Assembly (NCBI GenBank): GCA_964016885.1 | Contig: OZ024743.1 | Span: 274,412,001-274,476,000, forward strand | Length of the DNA: 64,000 nt | From: Eledone cirrhosa | Lineage: Eukaryota | Direction of reading: 5' to 3' | Part shown: positions 57,311-64,000 of the stretch, one piece after another | How positions within the stretch are numbered: the stretch's first letter is position 1 | Layout of the letters: each line of letters begins with the position of its first letter | Program-made: the position numbers and the translations under genes | The notes under the pieces: generated by a model | What the model was told of the DNA's origin: nothing | Seen by the model: only the letters and a program-made list of their open reading frames with translations | The model's database searches: none

Positions 57311-59111
57311 AACTGTAATGTAGAATGACTTGCTGGAAATGGCAGTCAAAGCAATCTCAAATCATACCCCTGCACTCTTAAATAATGAATGACATTGGAC
57401 CATGTAGTTAGATCTTGACCTGCAAAAATATGAGATGGCTAAAGGTAAAATGCCATTTATCATACATATGCTCTATCATAGTTGATCTGGAGCAAAAGAA
57501 CAACAACAACAATAAACAACCTACTCTGTATGCTTCTGTAAAATGTGTTATTTATCTAAACAAAGTTATCTATTACAACGCCAAATTGATAGTCGTTATA
57601 GCGTATGAGAAAATGCCCTGCGATATTTGTTCAGGCTGTCTGAGTTCTGAGTTTAAATCCAGCCGAGGTCGACTTTATTTTTCGTTCTCGCGGGATCGAT
57701 AATATAAAGAACCAGTGTTTGATTGTAGAACGGTGGAAATATTAGAACGGCTGACGAAATGTTTTACGTTCTATGTTCAAATACTGCTGTCACCTACTTT
57801 GATGGTGGAATTAGTCCCTGCATGTATTTAGTTGAATTCACTCTTGCAAGCACTCGATCCAGGTCTCTCGTTTGAGGATAATTTGCTCTTTCCTTTTCTT
57901 CATCTTAGTCTGTTAGACTCTGAAAATGATAGGGCATCTAAGAAATTGAACCTGTATTTGATGGACTTTACTATTAAATCATTTGACTTATCTTATATGT
58001 CGTACGATGTTGTGCAAGTCCACTTGATTGTACAGAATACTGAAAGTAAGTTGTTCCTCTCAGCCACTGTGGCTTGTATAACTATTAATGATTATTCTAA
58101 ATCAACAGAGGGTTCCAGTATGATTCTTCTTGTTAATCTCGCTCTGTTATAAGCACACAAGATGGATCTTTTCTCCCTCCCACAAATCTCGGTGGCGCCA
58201 AGCAGTGTCCTGCGTACTGTGCTGCCTATTCTACCTAAAACCATTAGCAGAAACAAAGATTATCTCTGCTCTTCAGAGCTTGCTAGTCTCAGGCACTCGT
58301 GGCTCGTTTGTCCCTCCTTCTATCAACCCCTATTGTGTCCAACTACACTGGATCCATACTAACCACTACACCCAATACTTTCTGCTAAGAACTTTATCCT
58401 CCTGGAACTCCCTCATTGCTCATATCTTTCTAAAAGGATTATAATTAGAATAGTTTAATCTGAACATTAACGGGATCGATCTCTTCAGTCTCGGGGTGCC
58501 TATGAAAGCCATGGGCACTGCCATTTCTTCAAGACATACAAAGTAAAATAGAAACGTACTAGCCAGCGTAGAGAGCGGAATCAGCCACAGAATAATGAAG
58601 TATCGAACTATGTACCATAGAGATGATTTATATTTATCCCCAGACTACTAACCATGTTCATTATTCTAAATACAGCTCTAATACCAGACAGCAGGCTAGT
58701 AAACAAACAAAACAATGACATCAACAGCGAAAATAACAATGTTTCCTAACCCTGAGACAATAAAAACAATAACAATATTAATGACATAGAATAATATAAG
58801 ATAAAAATATCGAGATAAATCAGAGAGATGAAATCAGATACGTTTATAATCAATATGGCAGCTGTGCATGTCCTGAATTAATTTCCTTGAATAAAAGTTG
58901 CAAGATTGTATTTTTTCGCCATTCTTTGGTATTGTTTAAACATAAATATTAAGAAAAAGTTCTTAACAGAAGACACTAAATAGAGAAATTTTTCATAAGA
59001 TTCGTCACAAACGCAGGATAGCACTAACTTTTTACTTGTCTTTTATATAGTTTAATATATCGCTTAGTCGGTTTCAGTTTTTTTTTTATTTGTGTCTTGG
59101 ACACTATTGTT

Positions 59112-59193
<82 letters not shown>

Positions 59194-59225
59194 ATCTAGC
59201 TCTCTCTCTCTTTATATATCTCTCG

Positions 59226-59262
<37 letters not shown>

Positions 59263-59388
59263 TCAAATGGAAGTTTAGTAAAATCGAAGCTCTGGCTGTG
59301 GCCAAGCTAACGATATACGCGTGTGTGTGTGTGTGTGCGTGTGTGTGTGTGTGCGTGTGTATTATGTATATATACGCATGTGTATCTG

Positions 59389-59442
<54 letters not shown>

Positions 59443-59445
<3 letters not shown>

Positions 59446-61030
59446 TGCCCCGCAAAAGTTTACAACACATTAGGAAAAATGCAGTTTTAGGTATTTTTAA
59501 TAAAGTTAGGGTAATGAAAATTAAACTACTGATAGAACATATAATGAGGCATTTAATGATACAATCATATTTTTTAAAAAAATAACAAGGAAATAACACA
59601 TGAAGAAAAATCAATATTTTTATAATGCAAAAGTTTACAACACATTTTATATTTATCGCTTTTTTTCAAGAAAATTCTTAAATTTTCAGATTTAAAATTC
59701 AGTAGAATGTTCTAGATTAGGTTTAAGGTAACTTCTAAGGACTATTAAAAACATTACATCATTATTTGTCTGACAACCATCCTGTAAACATTGACAACCC
59801 TCCTGTAAACATGGACAATATGGGGAAAATAAACTGATTGATCAAGACCTCTGTAAACGCATTGTAGACCTTCATATAAATGGTGTTGGTTATAGAAAGA
59901 TATCTTGTTAGTTAAATGTGCCATTGAGTTCAGTTGGTACAATAATTCGTCACTGGAAATCTCATCATTCCATCTGTCCCCTAATTAGTTCTGGTTGTCC
60001 TAGAAAGATAACGGAACGTGCAGCTCGGTTATTGACGAGAAAGTTTGGCAACGAACCCCGGTGTACTCTTAAAAATCTTCAGGATGACCTAGAAGAAAGT
60101 GGAGTAAAAGTGAGCACAGATACACTTCGTCGATATAATATCTTCTCGAGGTCTTCAAGGAAAACACCACTTCTTACGAGGAAACACGTTCTTCGTCGAT
60201 TAAACTTTGCAAATGAGCATCTCATCAAACCTGCGTCATTTTGGGAAGATGTACTTTAGTCGGACGAAACAAAAATTGAACATTTTGGTCGAAATGCTGT
60301 GGCAAAAGTCTGGAGAAAGAAAGGTACTGAATATTCGCTGAAGAATACTATTCCAACTGTAAAATTTGGAGGTGGATCAATCATGGTCTGGGGTTGCTTT
60401 AGTGCCACAGGAGTAGGAAATATTGAAATAATAGAAGGAAGAATGGGTGGCACTTATTATAGAGGTATTTTCCAAAGGAATTTACATCAAAGTGCACATT
60501 CTCTCAGCTTAAAGCCAGGTTGGTTTTTTCAACAAGATAACAATCCAAAGCATACTGCAAAGCTAACACAATCTTGGTTAAGTACGAATGGAATAAATGT
60601 TCTAAAATGACCATGTCAGTCTCCAGATCTTAACCCGATCGAAAATTTGTGGAGAGAATTCAAAAAAGGAAACCCCAAAATATCCCTGAACTAAAGAAAA
60701 TTTGTTGTGAAGAATGGATAAATATTAGCAAAGAAACATGCAAGAAGTTTGTAGGAGGCTACTCCAAACGCCCTACAGGCTGTAATTAGCAACAAAGGTT
60801 ACGCTACGAAATATTAAGAGATGATTTAATAAATGTGTTGTAAACTTTTGCGTTATAAAAATATTGATTTTTCTTCATGAGTTATTTCCTTGTTATTTTT
60901 TTTAAACTATGATTGTATCATTAAATGCCTCACTATAAGTTCTATCGGTAGTTAAATTTTCATTACCCTAACTTTATTAAAAATACCTAAAACCGCATTT
61001 TCCTAATGTGTTGTAAACTTTTGCGGGGCA

Positions 61031-61033
<3 letters not shown>
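59443..61033 (+). mobile_element. Tc1-family DNA transposon with ~205-bp IR/DR-type TIRs, in (TA)n
   Basis: TA|CATTGCCCCGCAAAAGTTTACAACAC...GTGTTGTAAACTTTTGCGGGGCACTG|TA, with inner direct repeat GCAAAAGTTTACAACACATT at about 59627 and about 60832. Confidence 0.94.
59820..60817 (+). pseudogene. Tc1 DD34E transposase pseudogene
   Basis: GCPRKIT, KTPLL, VL*SDETKI, PTVKFGGGSIMVWGCF, FQQDNNPKH, *PCQSPDLNPIENLW, GYATKY*. Two Trp codons have become stops and there are frameshifts. Confidence 0.92.
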
Positions 61034-61083
<50 letters not shown>

Positions 61084-62166
61084 AAATAAATTTCAGGGAT
61101 CAGTTTTTTTAGGGTGAATGTGCATGTTCAGAATGGATGTGTTTGGATGTGCTCAGCTCAATCAATTGAACTGCTTACCATTAATATTTAGTTGTGTTAC
61201 CAAGTAAGATAAATCTATCCCATGTATATAATCCAGGGAATTTTAAATGTGCAGGTTAATAGAAAAACATGCACGTTTGTTAACATTCATTGATTCCTTT
61301 ATTGAATACTGGAAAGTCCTACACGTGTTTCAATACGTTACGTAATCGGATTATGAAATCTACATTATTACATAATCTATTATTCCACACTGCTTGATAA
61401 TACTCAATAATGGAAAATAAAAGAGAGAGAGAGGGGGGAGGGGGGAGATGGAGCGATGAAATTATGTTAGCTATTTGTAAATTTGCCATAACACAGGTTA
61501 ACTATAATATATAGTTGAGTAAGTAGGATAAACTACCTCTGAAAACGCAGCCATCCATCACAACGCAAAAGAGATTTCGACTCCTGCAGACTGTTCTACC
61601 CACGCTTTTCCAACTCCTTGCATGATATATCTGATTTATTCAACTAAACCTAATATACCTTTTCAAATTCGCCCGAAGATTCGTAGGTAACTAATTGTTT
61701 ATGTATATATATATAGAGAGAGAGAGAAAGAGGGGGGGGGTAATAGTAGTAATCGGTTTCCGTTAGTTGAGTTTGTGTAACTTGAAATATATTGTTATAC
61801 ACAGAAAACATGACGAAGTAAATAAAAGAAAATCAAAACTAGGAAGAGACACTGCGGAGAACGAATAAACGATTAGTCGTTGAGAATGTCACACAATGTG
61901 CAACAAAAAGCCTTTGACAGAATATCACAATTAGATAATAATCATTCGGTTACCAGACTAACCGAGATATGGATTTGTTACGTACAAAATAAAACTGTAT
62001 TGAAATTCAACTTGATGCGAGTATTTTTTTTTTTTTTTTTTTTTTGAAGCATGACCCTCCCAAAGTATAGCAACATCCGTTTCAACAAATAATTTCACAT
62101 CAAGAATGTTTCAAAATGAATACAAAAACGAAGTATTTTATATATGTATGTATGTATGTATGTGTA

Positions 62167-62217
<51 letters not shown>

Positions 62218-62362
62218 ACTAGAAATTGATTAACATATAAATATACATGAATAATCACAGGATGGCGCATGTCTTTCTGGCATGACACCCATAATTTTGA
62301 TTTAGATTAAATTCATTTGATTTATCTTAATTTGGGATATATATATATATATGTTTATATTG

Positions 62363-62428
62363 TATTTTGTCTGAAGAAGGCATAACATATTGTTAATATG
62401 ATATCCCTGAAATATATATAATGAAATA
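62363..62428 (+). ncRNA. Minimal PLE-type hammerhead (related degenerate copy about 51748-51808)
   Basis: TATTTTGT-CTGAAGA-AGG...CCCT-GAAA-TATATA-TA-ATGAAATA. The downstream flank is shared with 51800-51900. Confidence 0.68.
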
Positions 62429-62557
62429 AATATAGTTTTATAAATATAGTTTCCATTTATTTAATATCATAAATATACTCCAAATACTTGTTGAGTGCTT
62501 TTATATCAGTTATAAATATTTACTCGTTGTTAACCCAACAATTTAAATATAACTTTC

Positions 62558-62588
<31 letters not shown>

Positions 62589-62783
62589 GGTCAATAGACA
62601 ATATATATATGAGTGTGTGTGTGTCCATTATGTTAGTTCCTACGCTTGTTTGCTTGTAGTTTTATGTATTTTCATAAATCTCATAATATACCGAAGTCGT
62701 GTGTACAGTTTAGGTACAGGTATGGCTGCTAGTAAATATATAAATAAGAACTAATCGATAATTTTCTTTTTTTTCTTTTCCAG

Positions 62784-62822
62784 TTATCAGTGGAAAAGAT
62801 TTAATTCCTCTAGATGCTAATG
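62784..62822 (+). CDS. BAIAP3: 39-nt coding exon G of C2B ((V)ISGKDLIPLDAN+G)
   Basis: Acceptor ttttcttttccag|TT, donor AATG|gtaagt, phase 1/1. Joins exon F in frame to give LLVEVISGKDLIPLDANG, the C2 Ca2+-binding loop 1. Confidence 0.9.
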
Positions 62823-64000
62823 GTAAGTTGTTGAATTTTTTTCGACTTTTTGCTTTTAATTTAAAAAAAAAAATTCGATTCATTTTTGTTATTCTGTTCT
62901 CTCTATTTCTCATTCGTAAAATTCAGGCGTTTACTGACTTCGGATCTGTTCTTTATTTTTGTGGGGGGGCTTTGTTATTATTTGTTTGGTTGTTTTTGCA
63001 TGTATGTGTGCTTCACGTTTATGTAAGCTTGTATATATCCGTGCAACATTTAGTTAACTCTATTATACGGTGACACCTTAACCTGCATATTAAATGTTAA
63101 TGATTCGGATACTGTCTAGTATATTATGCATGTTTTTTAATCTGCTGCAAAAATGAAATATTGACATAAGCTTGCATCTTATATAAAAAAAATATCTTAA
63201 CATTTATATTTACAAGAAAACACAATGGTTTTAGAATTATGATAGATTACATATAGCTGTCGTGACATTGAGTTTGCTAGAACTGCTAAATATAGCAACC
63301 AATACTCTTCCTTTAAAAGAGATTGACATTGATTAAAGCTGAGCTTAGAATTAAAATCAACATAATTGTTTATATTATATGATAAATGTGAGTACATAGT
63401 GAGTATTCACATGTAGGCCCATGTGAACAAGTATGGGAATATATACACTCCCATGCTTAAAATCTAAACATACACATACACACACTCACGTTTACAAATG
63501 GAAACTGGCTAAAACGGCCATATGCACACACACACATAGTCGGTTTCGGTGGTCTGCTTTCAATTGTTCGTTCGACTCGGCCTCCAACTCATGAATAAAC
63601 GTGTATGGGGCAGGGTATTCCACATTCACGTGTTCCCCTTACGTAATTCAAACATTCCAAAGACGAATCAGCATGGTACAATATATGCTAAGGCTAGATC
63701 TTTGAAATCCAACTGACAGGCTTTCATATAATCTCCATCGACCCATTTTCCTTCATGAGGTTTGGGCCGAAACAAGTCTATGGTCTTTTCCAAGACCTTG
63801 CGCGAGTGCGTTAACTTCTATGATAAAAAGCCGGTGACCAACAGTTTTTACTTTTTAAGATTTCAAGTCTATAACTAGCCCGTCATCTGAAAGGTGATAG
63901 GTTCTTTAAGATAGCTAACTAAACACATGCGTGCTTTACTCCCGTATACAGTTATTGTTATCGTTTCTTCCTTTTCTAACTCTCTTCTATATTTTTATTT

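Noticed and set aside
62927-62960. Possible next exon after attcag
   Set aside because: Phase-1 reading hits TGA at once and lacks SDP. The pyrimidine tract at the window end suggests the next exon lies beyond 64000.

Overview
Eukaryotic, AT-rich, microsatellite-saturated genomic DNA, most likely a coleoid cephalopod (Octopus-type), inferred from the SINE families and the extreme (TA)n/(CA)n load. The window covers seven short + strand coding exons (754 nt, about 251 aa, all GT-AG, phases compatible) of a BAIAP3/Munc13-4-like gene: the C-terminal MUN/MHD2 region and the start of C2B. Both gene ends lie outside the window. The introns contain a very young full-length CsRn1-type Ty3/Gypsy LTR retrotransposon (apparently identical 226-bp LTRs, ACTC TSD, tRNA-Trp PBS, slippery site plus pseudoknot), a decayed Penelope-like element with a 1.3-kb inverted duplication, Tc1, mariner, Chapaev3-like and Helitron elements, RTE-type LINE relics and many tRNA-derived SINEs. 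The main structure not explained by the ORF track is a dense set of hammerhead-ribozyme (HHR) motifs in short elements inserted in (TA)n. These include a 467-bp tandem repeat with two textbook type-I HHRs (retrozyme-like, potentially making circular RNA) and several fold-back palindromes, one family of which turns around inside the ribozyme stem II. Nearly all ORFs in the supplied track are microsatellite artefacts. All structures were read by eye and coordinates of decayed elements are approximate.
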